A DNA stretch of 47,329 bases from Candidatus Woesebacteria bacterium (GTDB lineage Bacteria > Patescibacteriota > Microgenomatia > UBA8517): NCBI GenBank assembly GCA_963784785.1, contig CAWASW010000015.1:68149-115477 (forward strand), given 5' to 3'. The notes beneath the pieces are model-generated. The model did not search any database. It saw nothing but the letters and a program-made list of their open reading frames with translations, and had not been told where the DNA came from. Made by a program: the position numbers and the translations under genes. Each line of letters opens with the position of its first letter. Position 1 is the stretch's first letter. This document shows positions 1 to 10,128 of this stretch, piece after piece.

Positions 1-673
1 TTTCCGTAACGTATTGAGAGACTTGTTTAAAAAGTTCTAATATACTTTTGATTTTTTCTCTCAACTTAAATCCACGAAAATCTTCAGGATAATTATTTGG
101 ATCAATTTTTGACAGTTCTGTTTCTGCTTCAGAAATTTTTTGGGTTATTTCGTCAGTCTTAGGTAAAATCTCTGGAATTGAATTAACGACAAAATCAATT
201 CTTTCTTGAGCTGATTTTTCTGAAGTATCCTTAGAATCTTTAAATCCAAGTTCTGAAAGTAATGGATCTACAGTAACAAGAGTTATATCCCCTGCCTCTA
301 TAACTTTTGAGGATGCAGTTAACCCATAACCCAAGTCAGATACATAAGTACCAATCCACGGTAAGGCCTTCATCCAAGAAATTAATTTATACGAATTATT
401 CAAATCGGTTACAGAATCTTTTGCAATGACTAGATCAGATTTAATCTTATTTACATCTCCAAAATCTGATGAGGTAACAATTGGTTTTAGCTTTGCATAC
501 GATCCTCTAGCTTGGTTTATAAAAAGTAAGGACGGAATTGCAATTGAAATTGTAATTAGCAGTAAAAACAAGGAAACAAACAAATAAACAGGTTTTATTT
601 TAGACTTCTTTTTAAAAGTTACTGTTTCTTCAGGGGTAATTTTTGGAATCAAGATGGCAGGCTCGTTATTCAT
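1..673 (-). CDS. Membrane-anchored protein, DUF4012-like (runs off the window edge)
   Basis: Not in the ORF track. ATG at 673 reads MNNEPAILIPK...YLFVSLFLLLITISIAIPSLLF (TM helix), then helical ...ISWMKALPWIGTYVSD; translated by hand for about the first 120 codons. Position next to a sugar transferase is typical. Confidence 0.6.
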   Translation of the reverse strand, partial: MNNEPAILIPKITPEETVTFKKKSKIKPVYLFVSLFLLLITISIAIPSLLFINQARGSYAKLKPIVTSSDFGDVNKIKSDLVIAKDSVTDLNNSYKLISWMKALPWIGTYVSDLGYGLTASSKVIEAGDITLVTVDPLLSELGFKDSKDTSEKSAQERIDFVVNSIPEILPKTDEITQKISEAETELSKIDPNNYPEDFRGFKLREKIKSILELFKQVSQYVTE

Positions 674-682
674 ACAAAATAA

Positions 683-1333
683 TTATACAGCGCCTCTGCC
701 GCTAATCATAGCCCATGGAGTCTTTAAAATAATTAAAACATCAAATAGAAGTGATCTTTTTCTGGCATAGTATGCATCCATCTCAACACGCTTATCAAAA
801 TTGACATTACTTCTTCCTTCAACTTGCCAATATCCAGTTATTCCAGGTTTAATCTTAAGCATTTCCTTTATATATTTTTCGCATTGTGGAAACTTCTTTT
901 TTTGTTCTTCCAACTCTTCCACAAAACAAGGTCTAGGACCAACCAAACTCATTTCACCCTTTAGAACATTAACAAATTGAGGTGTCTCATCAATTGAATA
1001 TTTTCGGATAAACTTTCCAACTTTTGTGACTCTAGGATCCTTGTGAAGTTTAAAATTTGAGTTTTTATATTCTTCATATAGTTTCTTAAATTTTGGATCT
1101 GTCTTAATTACGTTATAGCCCTGTGGAATCATTGATCTAAATTTGTAATGATAGAAAATCCTTCCATTTTTACCAACTCTTTGAGCAGTTTTATTATCTT
1201 TTTCAACCAAAATTGTTCCAGGGGAAGTTATTTTAATTGCAATCGCGGTAGCAATCATTATCGGAGAAAAAATAATTAAAAGTATTATTGAGGCAGTAAT
1301 GTCTATTGTCCTTTTTATTAATTCAAAAAGCAT
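683..1333 (-). CDS. Polyprenyl-phosphate phosphoglycosyl transferase (Bac_transf; WbaP/WcaJ/PglC catalytic domain)
   Basis: KRTIDI, KFRSM, DPRVTKVGKFIRKYSIDE, GEMSLVGPRP and KPGITG motifs. Confidence 0.95.
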   Translation of the reverse strand: MLFELIKRTIDITASIILLIIFSPIMIATAIAIKITSPGTILVEKDNKTAQRVGKNGRIFYHYKFRSMIPQGYNVIKTDPKFKKLYEEYKNSNFKLHKDPRVTKVGKFIRKYSIDETPQFVNVLKGEMSLVGPRPCFVEELEEQKKKFPQCEKYIKEMLKIKPGITGYWQVEGRSNVNFDKRVEMDAYYARKRSLLFDVLIILKTPWAMISGRGAV

Positions 1334-1344
1334 ATGGATTTTTT

Positions 1345-2403
1345 TTAAGTTAGGGATAATTTTCGATTCTTCACCTCTTTAAGAGCGTCCCCAACTTGAC
1401 CGCTCTGACTTTTGTCACAAATTAGTAATGCATCACCAGTATCAACTATTATCAAATTTTTGACTCCTACTAACGCAACAACTTTATTTGAATCATCAAA
1501 TTTAACAAAATTATCTTGACTAGAGATCTCTACTACATTTTGAGATTGGTTATACATATTTTTTTCTGACAGATATTTACTTAGCGATTCAAAAGTTCCG
1601 ATATCAGTCCATTTGAATGGCAACTCTACAACCAAGGATTCTCCTGCCTCGTGTACTTTTTGGGTAACATCTTCCAATGGACCAACAGGCATTTTTACAA
1701 ATTCAGTTTTAATATCAGCCCCATTAACGATATTCATAAGAGGTTCATGCCATTCAGGTTTATACTTTTCTAACATCTTCAGCATGTTGCGCGGAGTCAT
1801 ACACGTATGATTAGTATGTGCTAAAGCCTTATCTTGTTTTATCAATTCCTCAGTTTGCTCTTTTGTACTACGCCATATAAATTTATCAATCTTATACGCG
1901 CCAATCTCATCCTCTGGAGTCACTCGCTCACCTTTTACTAAATAATCTATACCCATGATAGAGTAACTTGGTTTAAAGCCTCCTGTAATGTATCGAGGAT
2001 CGTTTCTAGCTAATTTATCACAGACATCCATCATTTTGATAAATTCTTCTGATGGTTCACGCAAGTCATCAGCTTGGACAACCATAAACGGTTCGTCAGG
2101 AAGTCCTTTCTTATATAAAAATGCAGCTATCAAACCTGTGGCTGGTCCCTGATTACGCATTTCTGGTTCAACGATATAATTTGAGACAGGAATTTCCGGT
2201 GCTTGTTCCTGAGCCATAGAAATTTGATCTTCATTTGTAGAAACATAGATTTCTTCAGGTTTGAATTTAGTCCTCAAAGATTCGTAATTCAACAGAAATA
2301 ATGATTTACCATCTATTAGCGGCAAAAAATGCTTAGGTTTCTGTTGACGACTAATAGGCCACAATTTTGTGCCAAAACCTCCACAGATAATTACAGGTAT
2401 CAT
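1345..2403 (-). CDS. manC: Mannose-1-phosphate guanylyltransferase (no PMI cupin domain)
   Basis: GGFGTKLWPISR..PKHF, EPEMRN, WTDIGT, and C-terminal VALVGVKNLIIVDTGDALLI. Confidence 0.88.
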   Translation of the reverse strand: MIPVIICGGFGTKLWPISRQQKPKHFLPLIDGKSLFLLNYESLRTKFKPEEIYVSTNEDQISMAQEQAPEIPVSNYIVEPEMRNQGPATGLIAAFLYKKGLPDEPFMVVQADDLREPSEEFIKMMDVCDKLARNDPRYITGGFKPSYSIMGIDYLVKGERVTPEDEIGAYKIDKFIWRSTKEQTEELIKQDKALAHTNHTCMTPRNMLKMLEKYKPEWHEPLMNIVNGADIKTEFVKMPVGPLEDVTQKVHEAGESLVVELPFKWTDIGTFESLSKYLSEKNMYNQSQNVVEISSQDNFVKFDDSNKVVALVGVKNLIIVDTGDALLICDKSQSGQVGDALKEVKNRKLSLT

Positions 2404-2404
2404 A

Positions 2405-3517
2405 TTATGATTTTATATATTTAGATATTGCAGTAATAAATTCCTTTTTGAAAATTTCTTTTGAAAATCGTTTTGCATTTTTTATTAGATTCTCTCTATT
2501 AAAACTCATTGTATCAAATTTTGCAATTGCATGTTTTAAACTCTCTATGGTTTGTTCTTTAAAGAACACCCCTGTAATTTCATCTATAACAGTATCAAGT
2601 GCACCACCTCGATTATAGGCAATAACTGGCACACCAAAACTTTGTGTTTCAACAGCAGTGATTCCAAAGTCTTCGTCTTGTGGCATCAAGAATGCTTTTG
2701 CATTGGAATATAGCTCCACGAGTTTCTCATCTGAAACTTGTCCTAAAAATTTTATATTACTTTTTGCTTTATGCTTTAAATTAAATTCTTCAGCACCAGT
2801 TCCAACAATTACCAAAGGAATATTCAATTCATTAAAAGCATCAATCAACAAATCAACTTTTTTATATCTCACCAACCGCCCAACATATAGATAATAATTT
2901 CCAATTTCCAATTTCCAATTTCCATTCAATTTCCAATTTCCAATTTCCATTGGGGGAAAGATAACTTCGCTCTCGCGATCGTAATATTTTTTAATTCTTC
3001 TTTGTACCTCAGATGATATTGCAATATATTTATCAGGTCTTTGAGACGCTGTTTTATCCCACCATCTTAAATAATTGATAACAGGTTTTGTAAGACCTTT
3101 AAAGGTCAAACCTTTGAAGTATATATCGTAACCACTCCACAGGTATCTAGTAGGAGTAAGGCAATAACAAACATGCAACGTTTTTGTACCCGTAATAATT
3201 CCTTTTGCTGCTTCAGATGTCACAGAGATAACCAAATCATATTCCGTAAAAGAGAATTGCTCAAAAGCAATTGGCATTAGCCATCCTAATAACTCATGGT
3301 GATTTTTTAATATTGGAATATTTTGCAAAAAAGAGGTATACACCTGTGGAAAAACTTTAGACCAAGAGGCTTTTTTCGAATCGTAAAGTGCCGTATAAAG
3401 TGGTGCATCTGGAAACATCTCATGAAGCGTTAATAGTACTCTTTCCGCCCCACCAAATTTATTTACGCGATCGTATACAATCGCAATTTTTAGTTTATTT
3501 AAATTTGTTTTATTCAT
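2405..3517 (-). CDS. GT4 glycosyltransferase
   Basis: GGAERV, GRLVRYK, EDFGITAVE (EX7E-type motif). Confidence 0.93.
   Translation of the reverse strand: MNKTNLNKLKIAIVYDRVNKFGGAERVLLTLHEMFPDAPLYTALYDSKKASWSKVFPQVYTSFLQNIPILKNHHELLGWLMPIAFEQFSFTEYDLVISVTSEAAKGIITGTKTLHVCYCLTPTRYLWSGYDIYFKGLTFKGLTKPVINYLRWWDKTASQRPDKYIAISSEVQRRIKKYYDRESEVIFPPMEIGNWKLNGNWKLEIGNYYLYVGRLVRYKKVDLLIDAFNELNIPLVIVGTGAEEFNLKHKAKSNIKFLGQVSDEKLVELYSNAKAFLMPQDEDFGITAVETQSFGVPVIAYNRGGALDTVIDEITGVFFKEQTIESLKHAIAKFDTMSFNRENLIKNAKRFSKEIFKKEFITAISKYIKS
2896..2948. repeat. Heptamer array (AATTTCC)4-ATTC-(AATTTCC)3 in the GT4 interdomain linker
   Basis: Read directly; encodes EIGNWKLNGNWKLEIGN. Confidence 0.95.
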
Positions 3518-3537
3518 TTGACAATTTATGATATAAT
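3518..3537 (+). promoter_or_regulatory. Extended -10 (TGATATAAT) with TTGACA 8 nt upstream, antisense to the operon
   Basis: ttgaca 3518-3523, tataat 3532-3537. Confidence 0.55.
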
Positions 3538-3543
3538 TTAACT

Positions 3544-3631
3544 ATTAACAAGCTCCCAAGGACAAAGGCCCGTGTGGCCGAGCTTTAAAAAGCTACTTGG
3601 AAAGTTGACCCCGCTTTATTGCGGGGTTTTT
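3544..3631 (+). ncRNA. Candidate structured small RNA convergent with DUF3800 gene
   Basis: Promoter upstream; stems AAGCUC/GAGCUU and GGCC-CGUGU-GGCC; possible pseudoknot CCAAG/CUUGG; terminator at the 3' end. Confidence 0.5.
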
Positions 3632-4192
3632 AATATTTTGAAATTTATATTCAATAAAAAGTTTATTTCGCTTTTTTAATCTTTTAATCAAAATTGAGGC
3701 ATCAGTACTATTTAAATTATCAACGCTGTATCTAGTTAAACCTGCTATAGAATCTGCTAATTGAATGCCTCCATACGAATCCTCTTTTCGAACTGATTTT
3801 AGTTTAGAAATTTTGATATCTTTATCTCTAAGTATCATCTTTAGTTTTCGTTCATATGACTTACTTTTTTTACCATCAATATAAATTATCTTTATGTTGT
3901 GCTCTGTAATAAGCTGCTGAAATACTAAGTCATACATATTATTTATGTTTATTGGATTCTCAAATAATGCAACTTTATATATAAAATCTAAATCTAATAT
4001 TTTATTAATATACTTTTGTCTAACTTTCCATCCATGCTCCGCCCAATGAAAACTGTTAAGCTTTAGATCATTTAGTATTTTTTTATAGCCAGTGTCAAAT
4101 TTTTCTTGATTGGATACTTCAAGATATACAACTGCTATAGTTGCATGACCTATCTTTGACCCAGTTCCCGATTCATCGATAAAAATGTGCAT
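3593..4192 (-). CDS. DUF3800 family protein (RNase H-like fold)
   Basis: MHIFIDESG N-terminus, YIDG, QLADSIAG. Start 4192 is preferred over 4228 because it avoids overlap with the NUDIX gene. Confidence 0.8.
   Translation of the reverse strand: MHIFIDESGTGSKIGHATIAVVYLEVSNQEKFDTGYKKILNDLKLNSFHWAEHGWKVRQKYINKILDLDFIYKVALFENPININNMYDLVFQQLITEHNIKIIYIDGKKSKSYERKLKMILRDKDIKISKLKSVRKEDSYGGIQLADSIAGLTRYSVDNLNSTDASILIKRLKKRNKLFIEYKFQNIKNPAIKRGQLSK
3608..3631 (+). terminator. Intrinsic terminator
   Basis: ACCCCGC-tttatt-GCGGGGT followed by a T run. Confidence 0.7.
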
Positions 4193-4196
4193 GGGT

Positions 4197-4751
4197 TTAT
4201 TTAAATATTTCAGGATGGTGAATTTCAACTAATTTAATTAATGCTAGAGTATCAGAAGCTTCTATCTCGCCTTTTTTTATTTTTTGGTTAATTTGTTCTA
4301 AAGGTACCAAAACCACTTCTATCTCTTCATTTTCATCAAAACATTGACCATTTACGAATTCAATATCATTTGAATAAAAACAATTAACTTGAACATTACT
4401 TTTTGATGGTTCTGTAATTATTTTTGATATAAATTCCAGGTTATTCAATCTATAACCTGTCTCTTCTAAAAATTCACGTATTGCTTCAGATATTACATCT
4501 GCTTTTTCATCAATTCTACCGGCAGGTAATTCTAATACTACTTTACCTATCCCATGTTTATATTGCTGAACAAAAACTACTTCGTTTTTATTGTTAACTG
4601 AAAATATCATAACGACATCACCCAATTGTTGAGAAAAATACTCAATAATTTTTCCACTCGGTAGTTCGACAGTATCCTTAACAAGCTTGAACCACTTACT
4701 TGGTGAAATATCTTCTTGTTTTAATATTTTCCAATTAGTTAATTGACTCAT
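4197..4751 (-). CDS. NUDIX hydrolase (ADP-ribose/NDP-sugar pyrophosphatase-like)
   Basis: LELPAG followed by Nudix box GRIDEKADVISEAIREFLEETGY. Confidence 0.9.
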   Translation of the reverse strand: MSQLTNWKILKQEDISPSKWFKLVKDTVELPSGKIIEYFSQQLGDVVMIFSVNNKNEVVFVQQYKHGIGKVVLELPAGRIDEKADVISEAIREFLEETGYRLNNLEFISKIITEPSKSNVQVNCFYSNDIEFVNGQCFDENEEIEVVLVPLEQINQKIKKGEIEASDTLALIKLVEIHHPEIFK

Positions 4752-5262
4752 ATATTTTTAAAGTTTCTTTTGCCATTTTAGACCAAGAATATTTTTTAAT
4801 ATATGCTTGAGCATATTTTATTTTGGAATCCCTTACAGACTTTGGCGTTTCTATAACTTTTGTAATTGCTTCAGCAATTGATTTGGTGTCCATCGGATCA
4901 AAATACAAAACAGAATCCTTATAAACTTCTTTTAATACTGGGATATCAGAGATAATTGCTAAAGTTCCTGCTTCAATTGCTTCCTTTGGAGGAAGACCAA
5001 AACCTTCAGAAAGCGTAGGAAATATGAAAGCAACCGCACCTCGATACAACTTTTTTAGTTCTTGGTCAGGAACAAAGCCCAATATCTCAACATATTTTGT
5101 AGCTTTTTTTAATCTAATTTCTTTTTGTAATCTTTCTATAAAAATGTTTCTGCCTGACACTATTTTCAATTTTGTTTTTATCGACAACATAGCGTCAATC
5201 AGTCTACTTAGATTTTTATGGGGATAGGCATTTCCAGTATAAATTAAATAATCACCCTTCAT
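4735..5262 (-). CDS. GT4 C-terminal (donor-binding) domain, split gene part 2
   Basis: YTGNAYPHKN, EGFGLPPKEA. Confidence 0.85.
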   Translation of the reverse strand: MKGDYLIYTGNAYPHKNLSRLIDAMLSIKTKLKIVSGRNIFIERLQKEIRLKKATKYVEILGFVPDQELKKLYRGAVAFIFPTLSEGFGLPPKEAIEAGTLAIISDIPVLKEVYKDSVLYFDPMDTKSIAEAITKVIETPKSVRDSKIKYAQAYIKKYSWSKMAKETLKIYESIN

Positions 5263-5776
5263 ATGTTACCTCCACTTTATTCGGATTAATTTTATAATAA
5301 TTTATTAATTCTTCTTTGACCGCATTACTTGGTACAATAATTTTAATTGAGCCGTGTACGGCTTTAGCAAAGACTAAATAATAACCAAGTCTCCAGATTT
5401 GGTAAATTGGAAAATTTCGAGTTGTTGCAGCGCCACTTTTAAATTTATGCATGATCAGATCATGAATTGTTACTATATATTTTCCAAAATAAAAAAGGGG
5501 GACATTAAAATGTGGAAAATGAACTAAATCAGGCTTTAATTTATACAACAAAAAAGGCAACTTAAATTGTTCTTCAAACGAATAATGTTTAAAATCCGCC
5601 AATATTTTTTCAAAATTGTTTGGCAATTTCAAATCACTTATATTTTCTTTTCTTAATAATATTTGATATTGATTTCTTGAATCAATTTTGGCTAAATTAT
5701 CAATCAAATTCTGAGTATATCTACCGTTACCAGTATTTTTAGGACCATAAAGTCTAGCGTCAATTATAATTTTCAT
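5252..5776 (-). CDS. GT4 N-terminal (acceptor) domain, split gene part 1
   Basis: MKIIIDAR..TGNGRY, VTIHDL, IVPSNAVK; ends VTYEG. Confidence 0.85.
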   Translation of the reverse strand: MKIIIDARLYGPKNTGNGRYTQNLIDNLAKIDSRNQYQILLRKENISDLKLPNNFEKILADFKHYSFEEQFKLPFLLYKLKPDLVHFPHFNVPLFYFGKYIVTIHDLIMHKFKSGAATTRNFPIYQIWRLGYYLVFAKAVHGSIKIIVPSNAVKEELINYYKINPNKVEVTYEG

Positions 5777-6966
5777 AGTTGATTCTCATATATTTTATTC
5801 AACTTATCCACTATAGATTTCCAATCAAAATTTTCTTTGACAAACTTTTTTCCGTTATTACTTAAGTTTTCGGAAATTTTTTTATTCTTTAATACTTTTA
5901 TCGTCATTTTGGCAAGTTCATTCACGTCAGACGAAACCAAAGCATGTGTTCCTGAAACTATATCTAAACCAGCAACTCCCACAGGAGTTGAAACTACAGG
6001 AAGACCTGCAGCCATGGATTCCAACACTTTTAATCTAGTTCCCCCAGGGCTCATTATTGGAACCACCAAGACTGAAGCAGCCTTAAAAACATCTCTGTTA
6101 TCTTTAATTGATTCGCTTATCTCTATATCCTTATCGTTTTTCGTTAGTTCAATTATTTTCTCTGGTATAGACCTGCCAGAAATCCATAACTTGGCGTCTT
6201 TTACATCTTTTTTAATTATTGGCCATATATCTTTTATTAAAATATTTACAGCCTCTACATTCTGCATCCATTTATAATCACCGTGATACAAAATTCTCTG
6301 GGGAACTTTTTTTATTACTTTCTTTTCATCAAAATAACTAACATCAACTCCATTTGGGATAATCCCAACATCAATTCCAGGCATCTCTTTTTCCATTATC
6401 TCTTTATCCTCTTCAGATACTGCAAAAAGCTTACTTGCGCGTTTCCAATAGTACTTTTCCCAAAACTTTAACTTAATAACATCAAACATGTAAATCGGCT
6501 TTACAAACCAAGGAACTTCATTATCTGCATAATGACCATAAACAGAAAATTCTATAGTAGGTTCAACCAATATTATTGGGACTTTGGTTTCTGGTATGTG
6601 AGGCATAACATAGAAAGTTTCAGCATGAATTACATCGTATTTATTGTTTTCTAACTCTTTTTTAATTGCGGCCCTTTCTTCCATTGAAAAATTTCTAATA
6701 ACAACAAGGGGATTAAATGTGACTAACGTTAAAAAAAGATTTCTTAAAGTCCAAGGAGATTTAGGTCTGTCAAAAACTAAAATTTTTTCACAATATTTTT
6801 CGATTTCAGGCAAATGAGCGAGTTCTTTTTCTCGATCTCCACGTATCAAAGACATCACCGTAATCTTATGTTTCTTAGATAAAAACTTGATCAAATGATA
6901 CCAACGCGTCTGCCCCCCAGACATCTGGTCAATAGGTAAAAACGGCAAGAGCATGAGAATCTTCAT
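5773..6966 (-). CDS. GT4 glycosyltransferase
   Basis: SGGQTR, IIPNGVD, GGTRLKVLESMAAGLPVVST. Confidence 0.92.
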   Translation of the reverse strand: MKILMLLPFLPIDQMSGGQTRWYHLIKFLSKKHKITVMSLIRGDREKELAHLPEIEKYCEKILVFDRPKSPWTLRNLFLTLVTFNPLVVIRNFSMEERAAIKKELENNKYDVIHAETFYVMPHIPETKVPIILVEPTIEFSVYGHYADNEVPWFVKPIYMFDVIKLKFWEKYYWKRASKLFAVSEEDKEIMEKEMPGIDVGIIPNGVDVSYFDEKKVIKKVPQRILYHGDYKWMQNVEAVNILIKDIWPIIKKDVKDAKLWISGRSIPEKIIELTKNDKDIEISESIKDNRDVFKAASVLVVPIMSPGGTRLKVLESMAAGLPVVSTPVGVAGLDIVSGTHALVSSDVNELAKMTIKVLKNKKISENLSNNGKKFVKENFDWKSIVDKLNKIYENQL

Positions 6967-6967
6967 A

Positions 6968-8365
6968 TTATTTTTTTGATATTTCTTTGTGTAAGTCTAG
7001 GATTATGTATTGATTGGTTTTGGCAATAGTTTCAAAACGTTTGGAGAAATTTACAGTATCTGTACTACCTAAATCAATAGACACATAATAATCAGCACCA
7101 CGTTTAATAATATTATCTATCGAGTTATCAACTGCAGGCCATCCTTTTCTATTTGTTTGATAAAGAAACGCCGTATCCCCATTATAAGGAATCACGATTT
7201 TTGCATCCTTTGGAAGAGTCTCATCAACAATCTTTCCTACTTCCATTAATTCTGGATGATTAACTTGGTAAAAAGGTTTAATTCTATCCCAGCTAATTAA
7301 AAACATGGTTAATAAACTTAAGACCAAAATAATTTTTGAGTGTTTCCACAAATAAGCAGTTCCTAACGCCAAAGTTAGTGCAATTGATGGAATAATCATT
7401 ATTTGATAATAGTCATGTCTAACATTAGCTGTGGCAACGATCACTAAATAGGCAAGCATAGATAAAGCAAAATATAAACTGAATTTGTTTTTTAGCTTAC
7501 GAATTAATCCATACCCAAAAGGAACTAGACCCCAAGTACCCAAGATTAATATTCCAATTCTTTCTCCAAATAACCATCTAAAAAATGAAGGATGAAATCT
7601 AATGCGGTCTCCATTAAAGGCCCATTTATAAAAAGGTATTCCCTCAGGATGCATTCCTGTCCAGTATCTCCAAAGTAAAAGAGGGGTAAATGCTAACAGC
7701 AAAAAAGTAAGATTACGTTTCCAGTTCCTTCTGTTTAAGAATTCTGGAATTAAAGGTAAAAGATATACACCAAAGTACGGCTTCTGTAAAAATGCTAAGG
7801 CAAACAAAATAGCAGAAACCATGTTATTAATGCCGTAGAAATATAAAGCAGAAACAGCAAATAAAACACCCAGAGGGTCAGGCAAAACAACCCTACTAAA
7901 ATAAACATTAAAAGGCAAAAAAGTAAAAAAGAAAGCAGCCAATAATCCTATTTTAGTTGAATAATGTTTCTTACCTAATAAATATAAAAATATTGCAGTG
8001 AGCAAAGAAGCAATTGAAGTTAAAATTCGTCCCCACTTTTCTAAGGTGAATGTCCCAAATGTTTGAAACAAGGTAGCATGAATAGCATTGTATATTGGAA
8101 ATTCAACCATCCTTATTCCTTCTGGATTATCCTTTCCACTCTGAATACTACTCACATCATCATATGTCGGTAAAAACATATTTATTCCACTTTTTACAAA
8201 GTTTCTGGTTACTGCTGCAGTATCTGCTTGTCTCCAAGAATGCCAATCAGCAATTGGATTATCAACTTTGTACATTCTTACGACAAAACCTAACAATAAA
8301 ATTATCGAGAGTAAAAAATACTCATTTTTCACAACTACTTTCACGTGTTCAATTATTTTGTTCAT
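6968..8365 (-). CDS. GT-C membrane glycosyltransferase (PMT_2/ArnT-like)
   Basis: Multi-TM; WRQADT acidic first loop; EFPIY; periplasmic C-terminal domain. Confidence 0.8.
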   Translation of the reverse strand: MNKIIEHVKVVVKNEYFLLSIILLLGFVVRMYKVDNPIADWHSWRQADTAAVTRNFVKSGINMFLPTYDDVSSIQSGKDNPEGIRMVEFPIYNAIHATLFQTFGTFTLEKWGRILTSIASLLTAIFLYLLGKKHYSTKIGLLAAFFFTFLPFNVYFSRVVLPDPLGVLFAVSALYFYGINNMVSAILFALAFLQKPYFGVYLLPLIPEFLNRRNWKRNLTFLLLAFTPLLLWRYWTGMHPEGIPFYKWAFNGDRIRFHPSFFRWLFGERIGILILGTWGLVPFGYGLIRKLKNKFSLYFALSMLAYLVIVATANVRHDYYQIMIIPSIALTLALGTAYLWKHSKIILVLSLLTMFLISWDRIKPFYQVNHPELMEVGKIVDETLPKDAKIVIPYNGDTAFLYQTNRKGWPAVDNSIDNIIKRGADYYVSIDLGSTDTVNFSKRFETIAKTNQYIILDLHKEISKK

Positions 8366-9629
8366 ATTTGTTTATTGTGCCTATTACCAAACCTGCAAAC
8401 AACCAGTACATTGTAGCAAATTTTGATGCCTCAAAGATATCTATAAATAATGCTGTAACGAGTATTCCAACAGTTGAACCAATAAAACTAGCAACAAATA
8501 GCGATTCAACACTATTGGTAAAGATAAATTTTTTGAACTTTAGAAATAAGGAAACAAATATTAATGAAAAAGAGGTTAATCCAAGGATACCTGTTTCTCC
8601 AAGTGCTCGTAGATAATCGTTATCTGTCGCCAAGGTGATTGACGAATAACCTGTGCCCAGCAGCGGATTTTTGGAAAAAGCTCGAATTGCTCTAGGCCAC
8701 TCAACATTTAATCGAATTGACGTTGATCTATCTTCATTCACATTACCATCCTCTTGTGCATATACTACGACAATTGAGGATATTCTTTGCTTCAAAACAT
8801 CAATTATTCGACCGTACCGTGTTCGTAAATCTGCAGAAAAACCAAAAATAACTATGCTAATGACAGCTATAGCCAAGATCTCTTTGTATTTTTTGAGTAC
8901 AAAGAGTGAAATTGAGGTGGCCAAAATAAAAGCTACAATTGAAATTCTAGATACTGCGACACTCAACAGCCAGAAACCAGAAACAATCGATAAGCCCAAT
9001 ATGATTTTTGAAATCCTGTCTTTATATATAAAGAAACTAGATATTAATATTGGAAGTGTGAGCACTATATAGGAAGCCAAATCATAGTGTCCTGCAAAAG
9101 TAGAATTTATATGCGATCCAGATATCCAGCGAAGAGCTACACCTTTTGAATATTCCTCATTTTGAGTCGATATAACTGGAAAATTGAGAAATCTCTGTCC
9201 CAAGGCATAAATCAAAACTAAAAAATTGACTATTAGCAATACTTTAATGATATAGCTAAAAATATCTGCTTTCTGGTTATTAATTACATATAAATACCCA
9301 ACGAAAAATAGAGATAAATATTCTATTCTTCTAAACAAATGTAAAATCGCAATATTAGGAGACACTGTCTTGGTTAAATAAATTCCAGACACCACAGATA
9401 TTGCTCCAATAATTAAGAAGAGTGCAATTGATCGAGAAACATTTTCAGAAAGTATTCGTTTTATATTTTTAAATAAAGGCAATGCAAAAATAATTATTGC
9501 AAGTAAAATCAGAAAATCTTCTAATCTCACTGCTACATAAATTCCAGGTATCTTTATGGCAGGAAATTTTGAATACAAAGGTATAACTATTAGCAATGAT
9601 GTAAGAATGAATTTAAATATTTTTTGCAT
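8349..9629 (-). CDS. O-antigen ligase/Wzy-like membrane protein
   Basis: Many TM segments; SR motif, R..W..AI..F..NPLLGTG, DNDYLRALGETGILG. Confidence 0.85.
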   Translation of the reverse strand: MQKIFKFILTSLLIVIPLYSKFPAIKIPGIYVAVRLEDFLILLAIIIFALPLFKNIKRILSENVSRSIALFLIIGAISVVSGIYLTKTVSPNIAILHLFRRIEYLSLFFVGYLYVINNQKADIFSYIIKVLLIVNFLVLIYALGQRFLNFPVISTQNEEYSKGVALRWISGSHINSTFAGHYDLASYIVLTLPILISSFFIYKDRISKIILGLSIVSGFWLLSVAVSRISIVAFILATSISLFVLKKYKEILAIAVISIVIFGFSADLRTRYGRIIDVLKQRISSIVVVYAQEDGNVNEDRSTSIRLNVEWPRAIRAFSKNPLLGTGYSSITLATDNDYLRALGETGILGLTSFSLIFVSLFLKFKKFIFTNSVESLFVASFIGSTVGILVTALFIDIFEASKFATMYWLFAGLVIGTINKYEQNN

Positions 9630-10128
9630 ATTTTATTTCTCTAATTAACAACAATGTTGAAACAAACGACAAGACTAGCACGATCTCTCTGATCCAAATC
9701 AGGCTTGGAATATATTTTACAATAACTTTATGCCTCCATCTCACACCATCTATTACAGGTACGTACTCTTCAGTTTTTGGTTCAAAACCATTAATATACA
9801 GACTTTCTCTCAGATGATGTACTATTTCTTCCAAAAAAGTACTTTTCGTTTGATCTCTGATAATTGCTTGGGCTTCTTCAGGTGGATAATTTAGTCTCGG
9901 AGTAAAGATACCAAAACCTTTATTAAATTCTTTTTCGTAATGGGTAATCACTTCTGCCCTACTTAAATTTGTGTAATAACCTCTTCTGAAAGTACTTTCT
10001 ACGTCTGCCGGTTCAAAAGATTGAACAAACCCAGCAGGTGGCTTTGGAAATTCAGGACTTGGCAGCGAAACATAATAAAAAAGTGGCATAAACAGAATTA
10101 ATATCAGAACATTTAGGAATTTGTACAT
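9613..10128 (-). CDS. Hypothetical membrane protein (N- and C-terminal TM)
   Basis: ORF tightly coupled to both neighbours; two hydrophobic segments. Confidence 0.7.
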   Translation of the reverse strand: MYKFLNVLILILFMPLFYYVSLPSPEFPKPPAGFVQSFEPADVESTFRRGYYTNLSRAEVITHYEKEFNKGFGIFTPRLNYPPEEAQAIIRDQTKSTFLEEIVHHLRESLYINGFEPKTEEYVPVIDGVRWRHKVIVKYIPSLIWIREIVLVLSFVSTLLLIREIKYAKNI

